42,507 nt of DNA, taken from the sequence record MN850583.1; one strand, given 5' to 3'. The notes below the pieces were generated by a model. It made no database searches, was not told where the DNA came from, and saw nothing but the letters and a program-made list of their open reading frames with translations. Below are positions 23,375 through 32,109 of this stretch, piece by piece. The first letter of the stretch is position 1. Each line of letters starts with the position of its first letter. Source of the stretch: Escherichia phage glasur. A program made the position numbers and the translations under genes.

Positions 23375-24610
23375 ATGTCTGGTGAATACCAACCTACTGC
23401 CGCACCCGCTCCCCAAAACGTACCCGCTGGCCCGACCTATGCTCCCTCTGGTCACAGCGGTAATGATTATGGTGGAAGCCCACAGGTGGTACAGAACCCA
23501 GCGCTCGGACGCTTAGGCACGCCGATTGAACTGCCGCGAGGTGGTGCAACTCCGCAGCCGCAACAGCCGTTCGGTCAACAGCCGGGCCTGATTCCAAATC
23601 AGGAGTACAACCCGTATGCCCAACCGCAGCAGGGAAACCCAAGCCCTTACGCACCCGTACCTCAGCAGAACCCGTATGGTGCTCCGCAACCGCAAAGCCC
23701 GTTTGCGGCACCACCTATTCCGATTAATGGGTATCCGCAACAGGGCTACACGCCTCCGGGCCAAGCGGCTCCGGCACAGCAGCCGGGCTTAGCACCGAAC
23801 AACCCTGCGTATGGCTTCAACCCTTATGGGCAGCAGCCTCAGCAGCAGCAGCAACCACAACAGCAGGCACCTCAGCAGCCGCAGCAGCCTTTCCAGCAGT
23901 TGCAGCAGCAGCATGGCCAGCCTCCGCAGCAGTTCCAGAATCCTAACCTGACAGCAGATAAGCTGGCGGCGCAGGAAGGTGGGCTGACCGCAGAGCAGGT
24001 TGCTCAGATTTTCCCGGACGACACCAGCCGCGCAGTGTTCCAAGGTATGGACACCATTGCCCGTGGCCAGAACATCGACCTGCTTACAGCGTTCGGTTCT
24101 GCCTACGAGCGTCGTGACCCTACTCTGGTGAACGAGCGCTATCTGGCACAGTTCGACCCTCAGACTGTATCCATCCTCAAAGGTCAATTCGGCGCACTGG
24201 TTGCCGCTGGTCAGCAGCGCGATGCTGCAATCGAACAGCAGGTTTACCAGATGGCTGGTGGTCAAGAGCGTTGGGGTCTGGCAGTTCAGGCATTCAACAC
24301 CGCTGCCGACAAAGGCACGATTGATGCTGTAGTAGCGGCTGTGAACTCCGGCGACCCTAATCAGGTACGTCTGGCAGTGAACACCATTCTCCAGTTTGCT
24401 GGTTCCCAAGGGAATATGATTCAGCGTTCTGGACAAAGTTTGACGCCTAATGGTGGCGGTCAAGCACCTCGTGACGTTATGACTAACGAGGCATTCCGTC
24501 AGCATCTTGGCTGGCTTGAGCAGGCGCATCCTGTTGGTTCCCCGGAATACAACAAGCATTACGCCGTACTGGTAGAGCAGCGCCGTCAGGCCAAAGCTCA
24601 AGGTTATTAA
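23375..24610 (+). CDS. Capsid assembly scaffolding protein with an unusually long N-terminal Gln/Pro/Tyr-rich low-complexity domain
   Basis: Position between portal and major capsid genes. C-terminal half looks helical; the N-terminal roughly 190 residues are PQ-rich (QQPQQQQQPQQQAPQQPQQPFQQLQQQHGQPPQQFQ) and encoded by CAG/CCG-rich DNA. Confidence 0.6.
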   Translation: MSGEYQPTAAPAPQNVPAGPTYAPSGHSGNDYGGSPQVVQNPALGRLGTPIELPRGGATPQPQQPFGQQPGLIPNQEYNPYAQPQQGNPSPYAPVPQQNPYGAPQPQSPFAAPPIPINGYPQQGYTPPGQAAPAQQPGLAPNNPAYGFNPYGQQPQQQQQPQQQAPQQPQQPFQQLQQQHGQPPQQFQNPNLTADKLAAQEGGLTAEQVAQIFPDDTSRAVFQGMDTIARGQNIDLLTAFGSAYERRDPTLVNERYLAQFDPQTVSILKGQFGALVAAGQQRDAAIEQQVYQMAGGQERWGLAVQAFNTAADKGTIDAVVAAVNSGDPNQVRLAVNTILQFAGSQGNMIQRSGQSLTPNGGGQAPRDVMTNEAFRQHLGWLEQAHPVGSPEYNKHYAVLVEQRRQAKAQGY

Positions 24611-24631
24611 TTTCTTTCGTAAGGACTTCCC

Positions 24632-25624
24632 ATGGCCGACAACTACTATCAGCCGAATCAGTTCCGTCCACACTGGGGTGGTGCGAACTCTGATAACGAC
24701 ATTCACCTTGAGGTGTATGACCGTGATGTGCAGACCCAGTTCATCTACAACTCCATCTTCCGCAGCGGCCTGACCAACTTCAAGTCTGTTGCGAACCAGT
24801 CCAACACTTGGCGTGGCGACCGTCTCGGCTCCGTGTCTGTGAAGGGCCGTAAGTCTGGTCAGTCTCTGGACAACCAGCCTGTTCGCTCTGAGAAGCTGAT
24901 TGTCACTGTGGATACCGTGTCTTACATCCGTATCCCGATTGACTATCAGGACGACTGGACTGCGCCGGACTTCCGTGCTGAGCTGACCCGTAACATGGGT
25001 ACTGCACAGGCGAAAGCGTTCGACCAAGCGCACGTCATCCAGCTCCAGAAGTCTGCTGACTTCGTTCCTCCGACCTCTCTGGCAGGCGCGTTCAACTCCG
25101 GTATCAAGGAGAAAGTAACGCTGACTGGCACCGTGGCTTCTGAGGAAGACGATGCAAGCGCACTGGTGCATGGTCACAAGAAAGTCATTGAGGCGTTCAT
25201 TCGCCGCGATGCCGACCTTGGCCGTCTGGTAACGCTGATTGACCCGGCGTGGTTCAGCATCCTGCTGGAGCACAAGAAACTGATGAACGTTGAGTTCACT
25301 GGTGGTCGTGGTGTGAACGACTTCGCTATGCGTCGTGTTGCTTACGTGAACGGTATCCGTATCATCGAGAGCAACGCATTCCCGCAGGCAGCAATCACCA
25401 ACCACATCCTCGGTGCCGACTTCAACGTCACCGCCGAAGAAATCAAGCGTAAGATGATTATCTTCGACCCGTCTCTGGCTCTGGTCACTGTCGAAGCCCA
25501 ACCGCTGTTCAACCGCGTGTGGGATGACGAACGTGAACTGACCAACGTTCTGGACAGCTTCCACATGTACACCGTGGGTCAGCGTCGTCCTGACGTGGTA
25601 GGCGTGGTTACTACCGAAGCCTAA
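24632..25624 (+). CDS. Major capsid protein (T7 gp10-like)
   Basis: 330 aa, strong ribosome-binding site, canonical position, and followed by a hairpin as in T7-like phages. Confidence 0.85.
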   Translation: MADNYYQPNQFRPHWGGANSDNDIHLEVYDRDVQTQFIYNSIFRSGLTNFKSVANQSNTWRGDRLGSVSVKGRKSGQSLDNQPVRSEKLIVTVDTVSYIRIPIDYQDDWTAPDFRAELTRNMGTAQAKAFDQAHVIQLQKSADFVPPTSLAGAFNSGIKEKVTLTGTVASEEDDASALVHGHKKVIEAFIRRDADLGRLVTLIDPAWFSILLEHKKLMNVEFTGGRGVNDFAMRRVAYVNGIRIIESNAFPQAAITNHILGADFNVTAEEIKRKMIIFDPSLALVTVEAQPLFNRVWDDERELTNVLDSFHMYTVGQRRPDVVGVVTTEA

Positions 25625-25634
25625 TGGCAAACTC

Positions 25635-25658
25635 GAAGCCCTTCTCACGAGGGGCTTC
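25635..25658 (+). terminator. Hairpin downstream of the major capsid gene (stem GAAGCCC/GGGCTTC, loop TTCTCACGAG); putative late terminator or processing site
   Basis: 7-bp GC-rich stem directly after the capsid stop codon, the position of T-phi in T7. Downstream CTATGATTG is only weakly U-rich. Confidence 0.45.
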
Positions 25659-25680
25659 TATGATTGTCACTGGAGGTTTT

Positions 25681-26229
25681 ATGACTTTACTCGAAGCAGT
25701 TAACATTGTTCTTCGGGCATTGTCGGAGCACACCGTATCCTCGACTGAGATTCGAAACCCGTCCGTTACCCTTGCACTTGACAAGATTAATGTGGCGACG
25801 GAAGAAGTCCTCACCGATGGCTGGTGGTTCAACAATATCCGAATCACCATTCCACGCGAGTCGGATGGTCGAGTCAAATATCCCGCAGACGCACTGAGCT
25901 TCATCCCCGATGGGTTTGAGTGTATTGTGCGAGGCGGGTATCTTTACAACGCGCAATCCCAAACCTTTGTTTTTACTGAGGATGTTCCGGGATTGGTTAC
26001 TTATGATTTGGGGTGGGATGACTTACCGAGTCCTGTTCAACGACTCATTGCATATCAAGCAGCTATCTCAGCTTACGCCGACGACATTGGGGATAACCCT
26101 CCGGCCAGCGTGACAGGCGGCTATGCTATGGCGTTGCAGCAGTGCCAGTCAATCCATACCCGTCAACGTCGATTCAATGCACGCCAGCGTCAGAGCTGGT
26201 GGCGATATGAGAGTGCTCGGAGAGGATAA
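25681..26229 (+). CDS. Tail tubular protein A (T7 gp11-like)
   Basis: ATG at 25681 with GGAGG upstream, inside track ORF 25624..26229. 182 aa; assignment by position and size. Confidence 0.65.
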   Translation: MTLLEAVNIVLRALSEHTVSSTEIRNPSVTLALDKINVATEEVLTDGWWFNNIRITIPRESDGRVKYPADALSFIPDGFECIVRGGYLYNAQSQTFVFTEDVPGLVTYDLGWDDLPSPVQRLIAYQAAISAYADDIGDNPPASVTGGYAMALQQCQSIHTRQRRFNARQRQSWWRYESARRG

Positions 26230-28673
26230 TGCCAGTATACCAAGGCGCTTATAAATCCATCCTCGGCGGCGTGAGCCAGCAGGTCTATACTGACCGCCAG
26301 CTATCGCAGGTTGAGGAACAGGTCAATATGACCTCTGATACCGTGCGTGGCCTGCGTAAACGCCCCGGCACCCGCGACACTAAACTGGTGGACTCCACCA
26401 ACGCCAGTGTCTGGAGCCTTGGTAACTTTGGCCACCTGCGCTTTTACACAACCAACCTTGGATGGGGTGTCACTACCTTCGTGGTCAATACGCTGACCGG
26501 GTACGTCACCTCATTCGTTGAGACTGAGACTGTCCAATTCATGGGGCAGTCCAACTACCTGATTACCTCCAACCCTGACGACATTGTATTCACGACCGTA
26601 GGCAACACGATGTATGTGGCCAACTGTTCGAAGCTACCTGTTTTGCTTGAGAACGAAACGCGAATGAATCCGGGTCGCCGGGGTTACTTTTTCGTTTTGG
26701 CTGGTGCCTACGGCAAGCAGTACACTGTTCGCATTGAGACGAGCGGCGGCGCATACAGCGCCTCGTACACCACCCCGGACGGCACTACCGCTGGTGATGC
26801 TACCAAGGCCACTGCCGAGTACATCATTGGTCAGTTGAAGACTCAGCTCGACACTGCCATTGGCGGCTCTACCGGGCTTGAGGTTGTGCAGACGGACGGG
26901 GCGTACATGTACCTCCAGACGACTGCCGCGTACACAGACCTGAACGTATCCACGAACACTGGCTCAACGTATGCCATCGCATCCAACACCCACAGGGTTG
27001 ACCTGACCACCAAGCTCCCGGCACGTCTGCCGACTCAGGCTGGTGGCTTCATCATGACAGTGGGTGATGACAGCTTTGCGCAATACTTCCAGTGGGATTA
27101 CGCCAATTCGCGCTGGGTGGAGAAGGGTGCCTACGGCTCACCGACCGGGATTAACCCAAGCGGTATGCCGCTGGTATTCAACACGACCAGCACGCTCAAT
27201 CAGCACTCGTTCGCTCAAGGCTCTTGGCCGGGGCGTACTGCTGGCGATGACAAGACCAACGCTATCCCTGCATTCACCGACGCCAATGGCGTGGGCATCA
27301 CTGGGCTGGCATCGTTCCAAGGTCGCCTGATTATCTTCTCTGGCCCGTACATCACCATGGGTTCCAGCGATAAGGATGACCGGACTAACTTCTTCCGCAC
27401 CACTGTGACCCAGTTGCTGGAGAGTGACCGCATTGAGTTCACCGCGTCGAGCTTCGCTGGCGCATCGTTCCGGTATGGCATCCCGTTCAACTCTGACCTG
27501 ATTCTGGCCAGTGAAGAACATCAGGCCGTCATCCCCGGACGTAACCAGATTCTGTCACCGAGCAACGCCACGGCTGTACTCACCTCGACGTACCAGATGG
27601 ACACTGGCGTAGCACCGACCACCTCTGGCCGCAGCCTGTATTATTCGTACCCGCGCTCGAACAGCTCGTTCTCCATCAAGGAGATGCTGCCGTCCGGCTA
27701 CACGGATTTGCAGTATGTGAGTCAGGACGTGACCGACCATCTACCAACCTATCTGGAAGGGGCAAACAGCTACATCTCTGCCAGCACCACGAACAACATC
27801 GTCGTGTTTGGCTCGACCACTGAGCGCTCGACGCTGTACGTGAACGAGTACCTCTGGTCGGGGGATGAGAAGGTAATGTCCTCGTGGCATCGCTGGGAGC
27901 TGTACGGCACCATCCACGCAGCGTGGTTCGTCCGTGAGGTTCTGGTAGCGCTGGTTGAGCAGAATGGCCACATGCACATGCTCACGCTGTCTATGCGTGA
28001 TTCACCAGACCCAACTGACCCAGCACGATTCCTGCCTGCGATGGACTATGCGCAGAACATGACCGTGACCAACCCAAGCACGGATAGCTCGTACATCCAG
28101 TTCGCTGCCGATGGCGTGCAGAAAGCGCTATGGGATATTATTCAGGCCCGGTATCTGGCCGCTGGCAATACTGACTTCATGACCACGGTTGTGCCGTCCG
28201 GCAACTACATTGGTGCCGAGGTGGGTATCAAGTCAGTGGACACCACGAACCGCCGCCTGTACCTGCAACCGTCTTATGGCTCCACCACCCTGTGGGTTGG
28301 CCTGCGCTTCACCGCGCTGTTCAGTCCGACGCCGCCGCGCATCTTCAATGGTGACGGCTCGTACATGGACGTGAACAAGATGGTCGTGATGTTCTACAAC
28401 TTCACCCTGCGGTACACCAGCCTGTTCAATATCACGGCGACTGACCGGGGAGCATACGACGCCTACAACATTGAGTCCAGCCCGATTCGTTACACCAGTA
28501 AGGAACTCGGATTGGAATCTGCAATGTTGGCGAAACGTGCGCACCTGAAAGTTCGCATGGGCCTTGAGGTCGAATCCAGCAGCATGGTCGTTGATTCGTC
28601 TACGGCTGGCGACCTGAATATTCAGGGGCTGGGTTATTACGTCAAGTTCTACAATCGCACTCGGAGAATTTAA
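26229..28673 (+). CDS. Tail tubular protein B (T7 gp12-like)
   Basis: 814 aa at the canonical position. GGAGAGGA ribosome-binding site. Confidence 0.75.
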   Translation: MPVYQGAYKSILGGVSQQVYTDRQLSQVEEQVNMTSDTVRGLRKRPGTRDTKLVDSTNASVWSLGNFGHLRFYTTNLGWGVTTFVVNTLTGYVTSFVETETVQFMGQSNYLITSNPDDIVFTTVGNTMYVANCSKLPVLLENETRMNPGRRGYFFVLAGAYGKQYTVRIETSGGAYSASYTTPDGTTAGDATKATAEYIIGQLKTQLDTAIGGSTGLEVVQTDGAYMYLQTTAAYTDLNVSTNTGSTYAIASNTHRVDLTTKLPARLPTQAGGFIMTVGDDSFAQYFQWDYANSRWVEKGAYGSPTGINPSGMPLVFNTTSTLNQHSFAQGSWPGRTAGDDKTNAIPAFTDANGVGITGLASFQGRLIIFSGPYITMGSSDKDDRTNFFRTTVTQLLESDRIEFTASSFAGASFRYGIPFNSDLILASEEHQAVIPGRNQILSPSNATAVLTSTYQMDTGVAPTTSGRSLYYSYPRSNSSFSIKEMLPSGYTDLQYVSQDVTDHLPTYLEGANSYISASTTNNIVVFGSTTERSTLYVNEYLWSGDEKVMSSWHRWELYGTIHAAWFVREVLVALVEQNGHMHMLTLSMRDSPDPTDPARFLPAMDYAQNMTVTNPSTDSSYIQFAADGVQKALWDIIQARYLAAGNTDFMTTVVPSGNYIGAEVGIKSVDTTNRRLYLQPSYGSTTLWVGLRFTALFSPTPPRIFNGDGSYMDVNKMVVMFYNFTLRYTSLFNITATDRGAYDAYNIESSPIRYTSKELGLESAMLAKRAHLKVRMGLEVESSSMVVDSSTAGDLNIQGLGYYVKFYNRTRRI

Positions 28674-28675
28674 AT

Positions 28676-29410
28676 ATGGGTTGGGCAGCTTTTGCTAAAG
28701 CTGGTGCCGACGCCACGAACTCTTTCATCACCACCTATGCTCAGGGACGAGCAGAACGTGCGCAGATGAAAGCTGTGCAGGCAGAGAACGAACGCCTGAA
28801 CAAGCAGACGTGGCAGGCAATGGGCCAGCGCATCAACACCGTCAATCTCCAGCGTGGCCTACTCCGGCAGCAAACTGGCACCGACCTGTACAACATCAAC
28901 AAGGAAGCTAACCGGGCAGCAGGTGCCAGCATCAACAACGCCGCCGCCGCTGGTATTGAAGGTGCGTCGGTTGACGAATCAGTCAACGATATCAGTCGTC
29001 AGAATCAGGAAAGCCAAGCGCAGACCCGGTTCAATGAGCAGATTCAGGAGATGAATCTGGACACGAGCATTGAGGATATTGTGAACACGGCAGTCGCCGC
29101 GCAGCGATACTCTCAGAAACCTGCGAGCAACAGCATGATTGTTGGCCGCGCCATCGGCGTGTCTGCAATGCAGTTCGCTTCCAGCCTCGCGCAGACCAGC
29201 TTCGACTACATGCCTACTGAGGGTGCCAAAGGCACAGGTACTCAGGGTGGTAGCGGATTGGGTGGCCTGTCCGGGAACACTGGTGCGAGCACGGTTCAGC
29301 TCGGCACTACCAATTGGATGCAGAAAGCTGGGGAGTTTGACCCGGTTCCTGCTCAGTACAGTTCTAATCGCTACACGGGCTACAGCTCCGGTAGCTTGTT
29401 TGGGGGCTAA
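28676..29410 (+). CDS. Internal virion (core) protein, small
   Basis: 244 aa, Gln/Asn/Ala-rich with Gly-rich C-terminus. Position corresponds to T7 gp13/gp14. Confidence 0.6.
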   Translation: MGWAAFAKAGADATNSFITTYAQGRAERAQMKAVQAENERLNKQTWQAMGQRINTVNLQRGLLRQQTGTDLYNINKEANRAAGASINNAAAAGIEGASVDESVNDISRQNQESQAQTRFNEQIQEMNLDTSIEDIVNTAVAAQRYSQKPASNSMIVGRAIGVSAMQFASSLAQTSFDYMPTEGAKGTGTQGGSGLGGLSGNTGASTVQLGTTNWMQKAGEFDPVPAQYSSNRYTGYSSGSLFGG

Positions 29411-29412
29411 TC

Positions 29413-32109
29413 ATGCCAATTATGCGTGACCAGCGTGGCGCTAATCTCAACGCTGCGCAACAGGGCGTACCGAATGTGCAGCAGGCTCAGACTCCGTTTA
29501 GTCTCGCAGGCCGCGATACTCGCATCGACACGTTCCCTACTGAGTCCATCCAGCGCGTACTCAACATGGCCAGCGCACTTGCTGGCCGTGTCACTGAGCG
29601 TGCTAACGAGGAAGAATACCTCAAAGGTGCCAACGCCGCCGCGAGCGGCAAGGCTGTTGAGGATTTGGATTCGAACTGGCTGACAGCTCAGTTCCAGAAA
29701 GCTGGTTATAACGACCAATACAAGCGTATGCAGATGGCTGGTGTGGCCTCTGATATCTCGGCCAACATGACCGAGTACGCGAAAATGTCTCCGCAGGACT
29801 TCCTCAAAGTCATTGACGAGAAGACTACCGGGCTGTTCGACAACACTGATGGCATGACCCTTCGTGGTCGCCAGTCACTGCTGGAGAACCAGCTCACGTT
29901 CAGCAACACCCTGATTCGCACGCAGGCTGCCCAGCACGGTAAGTATCTGGTTGAGCAGCGTGCAGCAATGTACAACTCACAGGGTAACACTCTGGTTACT
30001 CTGGCGGCTCAGGCCAAGGCTTCCGGCGACGGCGGTGCGTATGCAAACGCCACGGCTGCGACCATGGCATGGGCTAAGTCCATTCTGGCCGACGACAAGC
30101 TGCCGCTGGAAACCCGGCGCACGCAGGTCACTTCCATGATGGGCCTGATGCTTTCTCAGGATTTGCGTACTCCGGTCGAGACTGCTGTTAACTCCGGCCT
30201 GTTCAACGACCTGCCTGCCGATGACTTGGCCAAGCTGCAAGGTCAGATTCGTGAATCCAAATCTCGTACCGAGGTGCAGGATAACATGGGTCTGCTGGAG
30301 GCGAAGGGCCAGCTTGATGCTCGTCAGGCTGTGTTTGGAGACGTTACGCCGGGCCAGTACGGTCAGGTGCTCCAGCAGTTGGTGGACAACAAGCTCATCA
30401 CTGCTTCCGGGTACAGCTCGGCTATCGAGTCCTTCTACAAGGATTACGCCAAGCAAGCCAAGGCCAGCCAGCTCGGTCAGGCGTATGCCACCGGGAACCA
30501 GACGTACATGCTCCAGCAGGGCGCAAGTGAGCAGGATGGTGCTGACGCATTCATCAAAGCTCGTATGAAGCAGCCGGGCGCTACGGCCAGCTCTGTGGCA
30601 TTCGACCTGCTGCAAGTTGGCGCACAGACTGGCTTCCCGTCTGCGTACAAATCCGCAGCCAAACTGATTGAGCCATCCCTGTCGAACTTCGGCACCGTGG
30701 ATGAGATGAACCCGGATGCTGCCCGTACCGTCACTGGTCTGATTGACCGTGTGACTGTGGCAGAAAATCAGGGTGACAAGACCGCGTGGACTAAGCTCCT
30801 GTCTGGTCTGTCAGAGGAAAACCAAGAGAAGATGGTGTACATGCGCGAGCAGATTAAAGCTGGCCGCACCATCGACCAAGCTGGTCAGGGTTACATCAAG
30901 CAGCAGCAGGACTATGCTGGCTTAACTCCTGCTCAGAAGTCCCAAATCTTAACACAGCGTCAATCTGACGTGAACAGTGTAGTCAACTCACTTGAGTCCC
31001 AAGGCTTCTTATCTCGCACTTGGCAGGGCTTAGCTGGTCTGTTCTCAGACACTCAGCAGAACCTGTTCCAAGCTCGCGTCGCATCTGGTGACATTACTGC
31101 TGCGCAGGAAATGTCGGAGGTGTCTGCCGCGTACCGCGAGGAACTGCAAGCTGTTGTCCTCAAGAACCCGAACATCACGAAAGACGGTATGGAAGCGCTC
31201 GCGTCTGCGAAGCTGGCCAACCGCGTGCTGCGCGTCGGGGAGACTACGTTCAGTCCCGGCTCTGTGCTTATCGCTCCGAGAAACCAAACTGTTCAGTCTA
31301 TGCTTGGCTTGCCTGCTGACGTGGCACCCGACCGTATCGGTCGCGCCATCGCCTCACTTGACCAGAGCAAGGCACCAGAAGGTTTCGAATCGTCCTACTC
31401 GTTTATGCCCGATGGCTCACTGAACGTTCAGTTCTTCAACAAGACGGGTGACGTTTCCCCGAACAGCTACCGGATTACGCCGCAGGCTATTCAGGAACGT
31501 ATCCGTGAAGACGACCGTGCAGCCGCCACCGCAAATAACGAAGTCTATGGCGATGGGAAACTCTTTGTCGATAAGTCCAGCAACATCGGGATTCGCGTCA
31601 ACGGCGTGAATACTGCTGGGGTTGATGAGCAGCGTATGCTCTACGCCCGTGGCAAGCTGATTGACTTCGAAGGTATCCGCAACACCACCTACCGCGACTC
31701 CACTGGTGTCAGCACCAACGGCATCGGTATCTCTGACCGCAGCCCGTACTTTGCGGAAGGTCAGGCATCCGGTATGCGCGGCGGTACTGAGTGGTCGCCT
31801 CGAACCATTCATGACACGTTCGTTAACCACACCAACATGGTGGCCCGGCAGATGCCCGGTACTGCTGCTGCGCTGGGCTGGAGTCGTGACAACGACGCTC
31901 AGTTCCAGTTCATGATGCAGATGGGCTATCAGGCAGGTTCAAGCTGGTATCGTGCCGAGGGTGCGTACAGCAAGCTGGCTGATGCTATCCGTGTTGGCGA
32001 CCGTGACAAGGCTGTTCAGGCTCTGGCTGCGACTCCGGCTTACAAGCTATCGCAGGATGAGCGCAAGCAGTATTACGTCCAAACTCTACTCGCAGGTATG
32101 CAGGAATGA
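29413..32109 (+). CDS. Internal virion (core) protein, T7 gp15-like
   Basis: 898 aa, position and size. Confidence 0.7.
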   Translation: MPIMRDQRGANLNAAQQGVPNVQQAQTPFSLAGRDTRIDTFPTESIQRVLNMASALAGRVTERANEEEYLKGANAAASGKAVEDLDSNWLTAQFQKAGYNDQYKRMQMAGVASDISANMTEYAKMSPQDFLKVIDEKTTGLFDNTDGMTLRGRQSLLENQLTFSNTLIRTQAAQHGKYLVEQRAAMYNSQGNTLVTLAAQAKASGDGGAYANATAATMAWAKSILADDKLPLETRRTQVTSMMGLMLSQDLRTPVETAVNSGLFNDLPADDLAKLQGQIRESKSRTEVQDNMGLLEAKGQLDARQAVFGDVTPGQYGQVLQQLVDNKLITASGYSSAIESFYKDYAKQAKASQLGQAYATGNQTYMLQQGASEQDGADAFIKARMKQPGATASSVAFDLLQVGAQTGFPSAYKSAAKLIEPSLSNFGTVDEMNPDAARTVTGLIDRVTVAENQGDKTAWTKLLSGLSEENQEKMVYMREQIKAGRTIDQAGQGYIKQQQDYAGLTPAQKSQILTQRQSDVNSVVNSLESQGFLSRTWQGLAGLFSDTQQNLFQARVASGDITAAQEMSEVSAAYREELQAVVLKNPNITKDGMEALASAKLANRVLRVGETTFSPGSVLIAPRNQTVQSMLGLPADVAPDRIGRAIASLDQSKAPEGFESSYSFMPDGSLNVQFFNKTGDVSPNSYRITPQAIQERIREDDRAAATANNEVYGDGKLFVDKSSNIGIRVNGVNTAGVDEQRMLYARGKLIDFEGIRNTTYRDSTGVSTNGIGISDRSPYFAEGQASGMRGGTEWSPRTIHDTFVNHTNMVARQMPGTAAALGWSRDNDAQFQFMMQMGYQAGSSWYRAEGAYSKLADAIRVGDRDKAVQALAATPAYKLSQDERKQYYVQTLLAGMQE

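Noticed and set aside
23789-25648. Long minus-strand ORF (619 aa) antisense to the scaffold and major capsid genes
   Set aside because: It lies entirely opposite two well-supported + strand structural genes. The translation is Arg/Leu/Val-rich low-quality sequence with no ribosome-binding site, typical of a shadow ORF in GC-rich coding DNA. All credible genes in T7-like genomes are on one strand.
25590-25681. Possible programmed -1 frameshift at the end of the major capsid gene, by analogy with T7 gene 10A/10B
   Set aside because: The -1 frame is open only from 25594, no slippery heptamer is evident in the last codons, and the downstream frame runs straight into the tail tubular A gene, so a fusion product is implausible.
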